Both the position numbers and the translations under genes were made by a program. Below the pieces are notes generated by a model. The model made no database searches, was not told the DNA's origin, and was given only the letters and a program-made list of their open reading frames with translations. Below are positions 19,131 to 27,982 of a stretch of 64,000 bases of DNA, piece by piece (positions within the stretch are counted from its first letter, which is position 1; the number at the start of each line of letters is the position of its first letter). Location: assembly GCA_029561455.1 (NCBI GenBank), contig JAKQIY010000076.1:81838-145837 (forward strand). Reading direction: 5' to 3'. The stretch comes from a bacterium (GTDB taxonomy: Bacteria > Zhuqueibacterota > Zhuqueibacteria > Residuimicrobiales > Krinioviventaceae).

Positions 19131-19658
19131 ATGTCCGAATTGAAAATGCCTGATATCAATAATGTGCTGATTGCCGGGAATTTAACGAGCGATCCGGTAT
19201 ATAGAAAAACCAATAATGGAACAGCTGTTACAAATTTCTTTATTGCATCTAATCGAAAATACCGTGATAACTCCGGGATATGGCGGGAAAACCTTTGTTT
19301 TGTAGGTGTTGTAGCCTGGCATAGATTAGCGGATACTTGTAATGAAATTTTGAAAAAAGGTAGCGCCGTATTAATTGACGGAGAATTACAGAGCAGAAAC
19401 TGGCGCAACGAAGACGGTACCAGCAGAAATGTAGTAGAGATACGCGCCAGAAGAATCCAATTTCTGGATAAAGCGCTTTCTGCAGAAGTGGAAGAATTTG
19501 CCTCTCAGGAATTGGATGATAAAAATTTAGTATCAAACGATGAACGTGCCAATATATCACACCCGCTCCCGGAAGAGAATCTGCCTGTTGAACCGGTCAA
19601 GGAGATCAAGGTAGAACCAACGGAATTTGATTTTGGTTATAAAAATTTGAATCTATAA
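19131..19658 (+). CDS. ssb: Single-stranded DNA-binding protein
   Basis: NNVLIAGNLTSDP, KKGSAVLIDGELQSRNW; rpsF-ssb-rpsR synteny. Confidence 0.93.
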   Translation: MSELKMPDINNVLIAGNLTSDPVYRKTNNGTAVTNFFIASNRKYRDNSGIWRENLCFVGVVAWHRLADTCNEILKKGSAVLIDGELQSRNWRNEDGTSRNVVEIRARRIQFLDKALSAEVEEFASQELDDKNLVSNDERANISHPLPEENLPVEPVKEIKVEPTEFDFGYKNLNL

Positions 19659-19673
19659 TTTATTATAAAAGGA

Positions 19674-19901
19674 GTGTTTATGCTCAAAAAGAAAAGGATT
19701 TGCAGGTTTTGTGAAGAAAAAATCTTGTATATCGACTATAAAGACGACAAAAAGCTGCAACGCTTTACAACCGAACAGGGGAAAATAATTCCCCGCAGAA
19801 CATCGGGCACTTGTGCAAAACATCAGCGGCAGTTAGTTACTGCTCTGAAACTGGCCAGAGAAATTGCTTTGATCCCCTATGTTGCAGACTTGACCAAATA
19901 A
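19674..19901 (+). CDS. rpsR: 30S ribosomal protein bS18 (Zn-binding C+ type)
   Basis: [26 protein letters not shown]. Confidence 0.96.
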   Translation: MFMLKKKRICRFCEEKILYIDYKDDKKLQRFTTEQGKIIPRRTSGTCAKHQRQLVTALKLAREIALIPYVADLTK

Positions 19902-19920
19902 AATTTACAGGAAAGGTAAT

Positions 19921-20364
19921 ATGAAAGTTATATTAAAAAAAGATTTTGATACTTTGGGTAAAGCCGGAGATATTATTGAGGTTAAACAAGGTTATGCAAG
20001 GAATTTCCTGATTCCCTCCAAAGTAGCAATAGCCGCCACACCCTCAAACCTGCAATCTTTTAAAGAAGAAAGAAAGTTACTTGAAAAACGCGAATTAAAA
20101 GGGAAAAAAGAAGCCGAGTTATTGGCAGCAAAACTGGATAAAGTATCCCTCACCGCAACTGTTCAGGTTGGTGAAGAAGATAAGGTTTTTGGTTCGGTAA
20201 CAAACCAGAATATCGCCGATATGCTAAAAGATCAGGGTTATGAAATTGATCGTAAAAAAATTCAGTTAGATGAACCCTTGAAGGCATTGGGCGTTTATGA
20301 TATTCCTATAAAGCTGCATCATGAGGTAGAAGCCAAAGTTAAAGTATGGGTGGTTAGAGACTAG
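19921..20364 (+). CDS. rplI: 50S ribosomal protein bL9
   Basis: MKVIL, LGKAGD..VKQGYARNFLIP, FGSVT. Confidence 0.97.
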   Translation: MKVILKKDFDTLGKAGDIIEVKQGYARNFLIPSKVAIAATPSNLQSFKEERKLLEKRELKGKKEAELLAAKLDKVSLTATVQVGEEDKVFGSVTNQNIADMLKDQGYEIDRKKIQLDEPLKALGVYDIPIKLHHEVEAKVKVWVVRD

Positions 20365-20376
20365 TTTATTATCTCC

Positions 20377-20488
20377 GGCAATCAATTGCTGGTATGTGAA
20401 AATCAATTGATTGCCTTGCCGCCGGAAATCATGATAAAATTCTCAATACCATGGGGGGAGAGAACTTGATTCTTTTCTACCCCTTTTT
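20377..20488 (+). terminator. Two hairpins after rplI (12-bp inverted repeat, then probable terminator)
   Basis: GGCAATCAATTG/CAATTGATTGCC at 20377-20415; G-run/C-run stem plus TTTTT at 20453-20488. Confidence 0.55.
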
Positions 20489-20639
20489 GCATCTTTTAGT
20501 ATTAGTAAGTGTTTTATTATTTCCCCAAAAATCTAGATAAAAAAAGTTGATTTTAATAATCTAAACGATTATTTTAGAATATCATAAACTTGTCTGCCAA
20601 TTAATAAAAAATTTTACTAATATCAAAGAGGGACAAAAA

Positions 20640-20831
20640 GTGGAAGGTAATTTTCCGAAATGCCAGAAATGTAATAGCGGGATTCTTATTCCCCTGTCGG
20701 ATTATGGCCGAGATGGCGCTACCATTAAATACAAAGCGTGGGTATGCACAAATCCATCATGCGGATTTAATATCAGAATCGATAATGGTGAAATCAGCCT
20801 GGGTAAAGAAATTAAAGAATCCACAAAATAA
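20640..20831 (+). CDS. Small Zn-ribbon hypothetical protein (CxxC...CxxxxC)
   Basis: CQKC and CTNPSC pairs; GTG start with GAGGG RBS; own AT-rich upstream region. Confidence 0.75.
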   Translation: MEGNFPKCQKCNSGILIPLSDYGRDGATIKYKAWVCTNPSCGFNIRIDNGEISLGKEIKESTK

Positions 20832-20867
20832 CGCGGTGGTGGATTTTCCTGAAATTTTAGTGTTGGT

Positions 20868-21842
20868 TTGTATATTTTGAAACTGATAAAAAAAAATATC
20901 CTGTTTACCAGGGAAACAAATTTTTGGACACGACACAAAGTAAAAATTATTTCCACTCTAGTCGCTTTGTTTGTATGGTTCCTGATCGTATCCGGAGGAA
21001 CTTTTGATTACCAGGTGTCGATTCCAATTACCTGTACCAATTCTGAGGATAGTTATATTGTCGTCAATAAATTACCTCAAAACGGTCATGTAATATTACG
21101 GGGACAGGGTATTCATCTGTTAATTTTTTCTTTATTTAAAGAAGGGCGATTAAATATTGATCCGCAATGGGAGCCCGGACAAACCTTTTTTTTCCCATCC
21201 GAAAAAAATATAACTTTATTTGGTAATGCGCAAAAATTACAAATTGTCAAATTTATCGAACCGGATTCTATTGAAATACATGTAGAAAAATTGATCATCC
21301 GCGAAGTGCCGGTTATTAATCAGGTGAATATCGTTCCAACCATTGGTCATACAATTGTTGGCGATATTATTGTCGAGCCCGATATGGCGCTTATTAAAGG
21401 ACCCAAATCTGTAATAGATACGGTGACCAGTATTTATACAAAAAAAGCACAAGTTGAAAATGTGAAATATCCGGTACAAAAGCAAATCGATTTAATCAAA
21501 CCGGATATACTCCATCTTGATCTTTTGAATAAAAATGCACTGGTTTCTGCAGATATTCAAAAATTGATGGAGAAGAAGATTATCAATATCCCGGTAAATA
21601 TTATAAACCTTCCACCCAATGTTTCCGCATTGATTATACCGTCGCATATATCCCTGGTAATACAGGGCGGCGCCAACCTGGTTTTTCCGGTAACTGAAAA
21701 TGATATTGAAGCATATATCGATTATGCCAGACAGCGCCCTTCCAGCCAACAGGATTTTCCTGCCTATATTAAACCGATTACCGGTATTCGTTATCGCGAT
21801 ATTGAACCGAAACGATTCAAGGTAATCCTGGAACGAGAATAA
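20868..21842 (+). CDS. CdaR/YbbR-like protein (start uncertain)
   Basis: N-terminal TM (KIISTLVALFVWFLI), repeated YbbR-like beta domains (VEPDMALIKGPKS, IIPSHISLVIQG). Confidence 0.75.
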   Translation: MYILKLIKKNILFTRETNFWTRHKVKIISTLVALFVWFLIVSGGTFDYQVSIPITCTNSEDSYIVVNKLPQNGHVILRGQGIHLLIFSLFKEGRLNIDPQWEPGQTFFFPSEKNITLFGNAQKLQIVKFIEPDSIEIHVEKLIIREVPVINQVNIVPTIGHTIVGDIIVEPDMALIKGPKSVIDTVTSIYTKKAQVENVKYPVQKQIDLIKPDILHLDLLNKNALVSADIQKLMEKKIINIPVNIINLPPNVSALIIPSHISLVIQGGANLVFPVTENDIEAYIDYARQRPSSQQDFPAYIKPITGIRYRDIEPKRFKVILERE

Positions 21843-21856
21843 AGATTACAAGAAAA

Positions 21857-22867
21857 ATGAACATACTTGGTATAGAAACATCCTGCGATGAAACAAGCGC
21901 AGCCGTGGTCAACGAACAATCAATTTTGGCCAACATAATCGCAACCCAAAGCATTCATCAAAAATATGGCGGCGTGGTGCCGGAATATGCATCGCGGGCG
22001 CACATTATCAAACTGGCTCCCATTGTACAGGAAGCGCTGCATACTGCCGGAATGGATTTCCGCGATCTGGACGGCCTGGCGGTTACTTTTGGCCCGGGGC
22101 TGGCTGGTTCGCTTCTGGCCGGGTTATGTTTTTGCAAAGGTTTAGCGCTTTCACTAAATATTCCATGGATCGGTATCAATCATATTGAAGGTCACATTGT
22201 AGCCGTCCACGCCAATCAACAGAACATAGATTACCCGGCAATTTGCCTGGTGGCATCCGGCGGTCATACCATATTGGTTTATATCAAAGAACCACTCCAT
22301 TACCGGATTCTTGGCAGGACCATTGATGACGCAGCAGGAGAAGCATTTGATAAAGTCGCCAAAATTCTGGGACTGCCCTACCCCGGTGGGCCATCGGTAG
22401 AAAAATTCGCCCAAACCGGCAATGAAGCGGCAATCCGTTTTCCCCGCGCTCTGCTTGAGAACGATAATTATAATTTCAGTTTCAGTGGTCTCAAAACAGC
22501 AGTGCTTTATTATGTTGAATCGCTACATAAACAGGGCATTGAAGCGCCCATGGCAGATATCTGCGCCAGCTTCCAAAAAGCGGTAATCGATGTCCTGGCG
22601 CAAAAAAGTTTTAATGCGGTAAAGGAATACCGGTGTAAATCGCTTATTTTAGCCGGCGGCGTTGTCCGCAACACCCCCCTGCGGGAAAATTTCCGGGAAC
22701 TTGCCCGGCATTCTCAAGTACACTTTTATGCACCCGCGCCCGATCTGTGTACAGATAATGCAGCTATGATCGCCCGGGCCGGTTATATGCGTCTAATTCA
22801 AAACCAGCGATCTGATTTTATGCTGGATGTTGTTCCCAATCTGTCATTTACCGACAGCCCGAACTAG
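21857..22867 (+). CDS. tsaD: tRNA N6-adenosine threonylcarbamoyltransferase
   Basis: LGIETSCDETS, GGVVPEYASRAH, HIEGH, DDAAGEAFDK, CTDNAAMIA. Confidence 0.97.
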   Translation: MNILGIETSCDETSAAVVNEQSILANIIATQSIHQKYGGVVPEYASRAHIIKLAPIVQEALHTAGMDFRDLDGLAVTFGPGLAGSLLAGLCFCKGLALSLNIPWIGINHIEGHIVAVHANQQNIDYPAICLVASGGHTILVYIKEPLHYRILGRTIDDAAGEAFDKVAKILGLPYPGGPSVEKFAQTGNEAAIRFPRALLENDNYNFSFSGLKTAVLYYVESLHKQGIEAPMADICASFQKAVIDVLAQKSFNAVKEYRCKSLILAGGVVRNTPLRENFRELARHSQVHFYAPAPDLCTDNAAMIARAGYMRLIQNQRSDFMLDVVPNLSFTDSPN

Positions 22868-23066
22868 CATAATGTATAAAGGTTGTTTTGAACCATCGCC
22901 AAGATACTGGTTTAATTTCAAGACTATAAATCCGGTTTTTGACTAAAACTTTTAACCAATTATATCAAACTTATAAATTGTCCGGTATTTTAAAAATTCC
23001 TGGTTTGATATTTATCATTTTGTTTTATCTATTATATGCCATATTGCCGGCAGGATATATTATTTT

Positions 23067-25241
23067 ATGACTTTATTAAATATTACTCAATTCCATATCG
23101 CAGTTAACAATATAATCTTGTTCCTGCTGTTCTCGCTGGGTGGATTAATATTTTCCTTGTACATATATCGCTATACGCTCCCTCCTGTCTCCAAAACGCT
23201 TAAAAGGATCTTAACCGGACTGCGAATTACTGTGTTGTTTTTATTACTGACCGTTTTGTTTGAATTATCAGTTAACCTGGTCAGAACAATAAAAGAAGAG
23301 GCCCAGTTAGCAGTTGCTATCGATACATCGGCAAGTATGGCGGTTATTGACAATGCCGGGGATCGTGCTGCACTTTTAAAAGAGGTATTACAAAACCCGG
23401 TGTTCGCAAAGCTGCAAAACAACTTTATTACTAATTATTATACCTTTGCCAATACAACACAAAAAATTACAGCCGATGACTCTATAACCTTTGTTGGCGA
23501 TGCTACCAATATAACATCCAGTTTGCAAGTTATTAAAAAAGAGTTGTCGGAAAAAAACCTTTCCGCTATTATTTTGATTTCCGATGGAAATTATAACCGC
23601 GGTGGTAATCCGGTACGATTAGCCGAACAAACGGGAGTTCCGGTCTACACAATTGGTCTGGGTTCCGATACACCGCTAAGGGATCTTGCCATTGCAGAAG
23701 TGGAAAACAATCCTTTCTGTTATCTTGAAGAATCGACTCCGCTAACCGTTACCATTCGCAACAATGGTTATAACCAAATCAGTACACCGGTAACCTTGTC
23801 TGTTAATGATGAGTTGGTAGATTCCCAAATTCTCACTTTACCAGCATCGCCATCAGAAACGATTATAACTTATAATTTTACACCAAAAACAACCGGATTG
23901 AACAGGCTGGTAATTAATTTGCCGGCGCAAAAAAGTGAACTGCTGGTACAAAATAACAGTCGTACGTTTTATATCGATGTTTTAAAATCCCGACTCTATA
24001 TACAAATTTATGCCGGTAGTATAACCCCTGATATTTCGTTTATCAGGAACAGTATAGAGTCATCAAAGCGTTATACTGTAGGTCTCAGGGTTGAAAAAAA
24101 CGGTGGAGGTTTTTATACTAAAGATAATAATAACTTGCAAGATACAGATATTTTGATTTTTATTGACTTTCCATCAGCCGCCACAGACCAGGCTACTTTA
24201 AATCAATTAAAAAGTACTCTGGAAAATAATAATACTCCGCTGTGGGTTATAACCGGGAAAAATACCAATTTAGCAAAATTAGCAAATTTTGAAAACTGGC
24301 TGCCCTTTAAATGTAATGCCAGTTACATAAATGAAATTCAAATATTAGCAGAACCGGATCAAGCCGGTAAAAGTCATCCTATTATGCAACCGGCGGTACC
24401 GGTTACATCCTGGTTTACAAACTGGACGAAACTACCGCCTATTTTTTCAGTACATCAAATAAAAGAATTATGGCCGCAAACCCAAACCCTGGTTTATGCC
24501 AAAACCGTTCGCGGCCAGCAGAGTACAAAACCCACCAATCCGCTTCTGGTGATCAGAAACAATAATAGCCATAAATCCGCTGCGTTTCTGGGTTATGGAT
24601 TATGGCGCTGGGAATTATTGATGTTGGGAACAGGCGACGAAAGTGATATTTACAATACCCTTGTAAATAATATGTTGCGTTGGTTAGAAACAAAACGGGA
24701 GACAAGCGCTTGGCAAATAAAAACCGATAAATCGCACTATCATTTTGGGGAACCAATTAAAATATCGGTCGATATAACTGATAAGACATTGGCAACGCCG
24801 GAAACGAGCGAATTAACCCTGCTGCTCGCTTATGAACAGGTGAGCGAATCAGTTACTGTAACCCGTTCAAGCGATAGGAGTTATACAACAGTATTATACC
24901 TGGATAAAGCCGGCGATTATACACTCTCCCTTAACAGGGATATAATGCCGCAAATTGCATCCGCTCCGGATGAAGCTTTATTTAGCGTTGGTGAGTACAG
25001 TATAGAATTGAACAATACGCAATTACAAAAATCTATATTACAGGATCTGGCAAACAATACAGGCGGCAGATATATAACACCGGACTCGACAGCGATGCTG
25101 GAATCGCTCGTCCATGGAGTAACAAAATCAAGTGTGCAAACCATAAACAAAGAAATATGGAATAATAAATATCTGCTTTTTTTATTGATCATTTTCTTAT
25201 CTCTGGAATGGTTTTTGCGAAAGAAAAAAGGAATGCTGTAA
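23067..25241 (+). CDS. Membrane-anchored VWA-domain protein with Ig-like and GATase-like domains
   Basis: Two N-terminal TMs; MIDAS DTSAS...T...ISDG; GLWRW; LANNTGG; C-terminal TM ending EWFLRKKKGML. Confidence 0.8.
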   Translation: MTLLNITQFHIAVNNIILFLLFSLGGLIFSLYIYRYTLPPVSKTLKRILTGLRITVLFLLLTVLFELSVNLVRTIKEEAQLAVAIDTSASMAVIDNAGDRAALLKEVLQNPVFAKLQNNFITNYYTFANTTQKITADDSITFVGDATNITSSLQVIKKELSEKNLSAIILISDGNYNRGGNPVRLAEQTGVPVYTIGLGSDTPLRDLAIAEVENNPFCYLEESTPLTVTIRNNGYNQISTPVTLSVNDELVDSQILTLPASPSETIITYNFTPKTTGLNRLVINLPAQKSELLVQNNSRTFYIDVLKSRLYIQIYAGSITPDISFIRNSIESSKRYTVGLRVEKNGGGFYTKDNNNLQDTDILIFIDFPSAATDQATLNQLKSTLENNNTPLWVITGKNTNLAKLANFENWLPFKCNASYINEIQILAEPDQAGKSHPIMQPAVPVTSWFTNWTKLPPIFSVHQIKELWPQTQTLVYAKTVRGQQSTKPTNPLLVIRNNNSHKSAAFLGYGLWRWELLMLGTGDESDIYNTLVNNMLRWLETKRETSAWQIKTDKSHYHFGEPIKISVDITDKTLATPETSELTLLLAYEQVSESVTVTRSSDRSYTTVLYLDKAGDYTLSLNRDIMPQIASAPDEALFSVGEYSIELNNTQLQKSILQDLANNTGGRYITPDSTAMLESLVHGVTKSSVQTINKEIWNNKYLLFLLIIFLSLEWFLRKKKGML

Positions 25242-25296
25242 AATAACGCCGGTATTGCGGAAAAGAAAATATACCGGGGTTATGTTAAAATAAATG

Positions 25297-25325
25297 TTGC
25301 AATTTATCTTTACTTGTTTTAAATT
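25297..25325 (+). promoter_or_regulatory. sigma70-like promoter upstream of the Agl-Glt-like cluster
   Basis: TTGCAA-N17-TAAATT. Confidence 0.45.
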
Positions 25326-25342
25326 TAAAACTAAGATGTATA

Positions 25343-26443
25343 GTGTGTATTGACGATATTGCAATTGCAGATGTTAGTGTAGCAGCAAATTCCGGTTATC
25401 AGAAAATGAAAGGATATACTTTGAAAAAGACAACGTTATTGTTGATAGTAATATTTTTTATTATCCCCTTGCGTTCCTTTTCCCAGGTATCATATTATGG
25501 TGGTAAAGGGCTTTTACGAATAATTGAAGCGGAAACAATTCATCCCGGAGTTCTGGCCATTAATGCGGTTTACAATGGTTACGCTGCAGGCGATAATTAT
25601 GATTTCAGTGAAGATCATTCCATGTATCTGGGCCTCACAGTCGGATTAACCGAGCAATTTGAGATTTTATCACAATTAGTGCCATACCAGGATGATCAAA
25701 AACATACCTGGGGGCCGATTGGCGATACCAAATTAGGCGTAAAATATCATATCCCCAACAACAGCACCTATGTAAAATTTGGAGTTGTTGGTTTTATCAG
25801 TATTCCAACAGCAGTCAATCATAATGTCCCTTTTGAATCATACAGCGATGATGCGATGGGCTGGGGTTTAATGAGTTTAACATCATTTGATCTGAAAAAC
25901 CTCTCATCCTCCATTCCGTTAAAATTAACTATAAATATTGGTTATCGCGATCATAACTGGGGCGATCAGTTCTTTGCAGCCCGTAAAGATCAGTTAATTG
26001 GTGGTATAGGTTTTAAATTTCCGATTCGCTCAAATTTACTTTATTCAGAAGTGAGCGGAGAATATTTTATCAATAACTCCGAAAATGTCAGTCCCAGCCA
26101 AAACTTTATCCGCTTCACCCAGGGGTATCGTTTTGTCGGCCCCTGGCACCTCATTTGTGACCTGGCTGCCGATATTGAATTAGGCGGTTATAAACCCGAT
26201 GCTAAAGACTTGTTCAAAGATTCCTATATTAAAGATTATGCCGATTGGAAAATAATATTTGGTGTTTCATACAGAACCACTCTATTTGCCGGCAAGACCA
26301 AGTCGGAAAAGTTACAGGAAGAAAAAGCCAGGTCTGAGCAACAGGAACTTGATACCATACAGGATAAAAGAGAAAAGGTAATTAAGGATCTTGAAGAATT
26401 AAGGAAACAACTGGAACAGGAAAAAAAGCCGAACGCTGAATAA
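25343..26443 (+). CDS. Exported beta-barrel-like protein with C-terminal coiled coil (true start probably 25406-25421)
   Basis: Signal peptide KKTTLLLIVIFFIIP; GGKGLLRII; GDTKLGVKY; alternating amphipathic strands; Glu/Lys-rich tail. Confidence 0.6.
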   Translation: MCIDDIAIADVSVAANSGYQKMKGYTLKKTTLLLIVIFFIIPLRSFSQVSYYGGKGLLRIIEAETIHPGVLAINAVYNGYAAGDNYDFSEDHSMYLGLTVGLTEQFEILSQLVPYQDDQKHTWGPIGDTKLGVKYHIPNNSTYVKFGVVGFISIPTAVNHNVPFESYSDDAMGWGLMSLTSFDLKNLSSSIPLKLTINIGYRDHNWGDQFFAARKDQLIGGIGFKFPIRSNLLYSEVSGEYFINNSENVSPSQNFIRFTQGYRFVGPWHLICDLAADIELGGYKPDAKDLFKDSYIKDYADWKIIFGVSYRTTLFAGKTKSEKLQEEKARSEQQELDTIQDKREKVIKDLEELRKQLEQEKKPNAE

Positions 26444-26575
26444 TAATTAAGAATTTTTTACGTATTTTTTATGTTTTGTAGTATAATTTATTATTAACAA
26501 AAATTTAAAAAGGTATTTTCAGGTTTATCAGAAAAATGCCGCTAGTCTGTGATCACAAAGTTATTCCGATAAAAC

Positions 26576-27982
26576 ATGAATTTTGTAATACAAAAATTTT
26601 TTATTTTCATAAATATTCAATATAAATTCCGGGCTGTTCTCCTGGTCCTATGTTTTATATTTTCAATTAATACTTTTGCCTTTACCCCAACAGATTCCCC
26701 GGTAAAGCCAATGAGCCCGCGGCAATATGAGGATTTAGAAAAAGCCTCTGCTAAATTACATGCGGAAGCGCAAAAGTTATTTGAAAGCCAAAACTATTGG
26801 GAAAGCGCCCGCAATCTCATCATTTTACTGGATTTTAACAATAATTACTCCAGGATAGACGAGGTGCTTTTCACCCTGGGTGATTGTCTTTACGAAATTG
26901 GTCTTTATGAAGGTTCCAAAAAAATATTCAAATACCTGGTAAAGAAATTTATCTCCAGTGATCAACTACCCCGTGCATTACTCGGGTTACAACGTATTGA
27001 ATATGATAGTGAGAATTTGATTAAATGTATCGATTTTTATAAAGTAATTACCAGAGGAAGCCCCTCACAGGAAATTCTGGATTGTTCACGCTATTATGCA
27101 GGTCTCAGTTTTTATAAACTGAATGATTATAATAATGCCATAGATATATTGTCGCAAATCAGTAAATCAAATTCTTATTACGCTTTTGGGCAATATACCT
27201 GTGGTTTATCTTATCTGCGATTGAAAAAGGTGCGCAAAGCGGTAGATACCTTAAATGGTATTTTGCGTATTGCTATAGTAAACGATGAAATCCGCAGCAT
27301 TGTAGATGAAACCCATTTAACACTGGGTTATATTTATTATGAACTTGGCTATTATGAACATTCATGGCATCAGTTTAGTGCTGTATCTTCAAAACATACC
27401 AACTATCGCGATGCTTTATTATCGGCTGGATGGGCGGCTACCAAACTTCAGGATTATGAACGGGCCATTAAACCGTTAACACAACTGGTCAGCTTCCAAC
27501 AGGAAGACGAGAAAACCCAGGAAGGATTCTTTTTACTAGGCCAATGTTATTTAAAATTGGGGCTATATGATGATGCCCTAAAAATATATGAATTTTTGGT
27601 CAATATATTACCGAACCGAGAACTTGTGCCGGTAATAATTCAACAAGTTGGCAGCAGTATAGCCCAGGAAGAAAAAAAGATCGAAAAGATCAAAATGGAT
27701 TTGCTGGTTCTCGAAACTAAATTATTAAACCTGATTCAGCTATCACCCGATATGGATACCCCCTTATACCTGCAACAGGAAAAAGAGGGCATAACCCTGA
27801 CCAGAAATAACTTGTTAACTCAGATTCAAACCGAACGTAAATCATTCGAACAGTTCTCCATGCAAATCAAGGATATGAAAGAAAAAATCCAGATTAAAAA
27901 AGAACGTCAGGATTGGAGAGCATTTGCTGAATATGGTAAATCACGAGCCATGTTTCTCAAGAGAACAGAATCACAAAACTAA
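26576..27982 (+). CDS. TPR protein, GltC-like
   Basis: Signal peptide, multiple TPRs (HLTLGYIYYELG, YRDALLSAGWA), C-terminal coiled coil; stop overlaps next start. Confidence 0.7.
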   Translation: MNFVIQKFFIFINIQYKFRAVLLVLCFIFSINTFAFTPTDSPVKPMSPRQYEDLEKASAKLHAEAQKLFESQNYWESARNLIILLDFNNNYSRIDEVLFTLGDCLYEIGLYEGSKKIFKYLVKKFISSDQLPRALLGLQRIEYDSENLIKCIDFYKVITRGSPSQEILDCSRYYAGLSFYKLNDYNNAIDILSQISKSNSYYAFGQYTCGLSYLRLKKVRKAVDTLNGILRIAIVNDEIRSIVDETHLTLGYIYYELGYYEHSWHQFSAVSSKHTNYRDALLSAGWAATKLQDYERAIKPLTQLVSFQQEDEKTQEGFFLLGQCYLKLGLYDDALKIYEFLVNILPNRELVPVIIQQVGSSIAQEEKKIEKIKMDLLVLETKLLNLIQLSPDMDTPLYLQQEKEGITLTRNNLLTQIQTERKSFEQFSMQIKDMKEKIQIKKERQDWRAFAEYGKSRAMFLKRTESQN

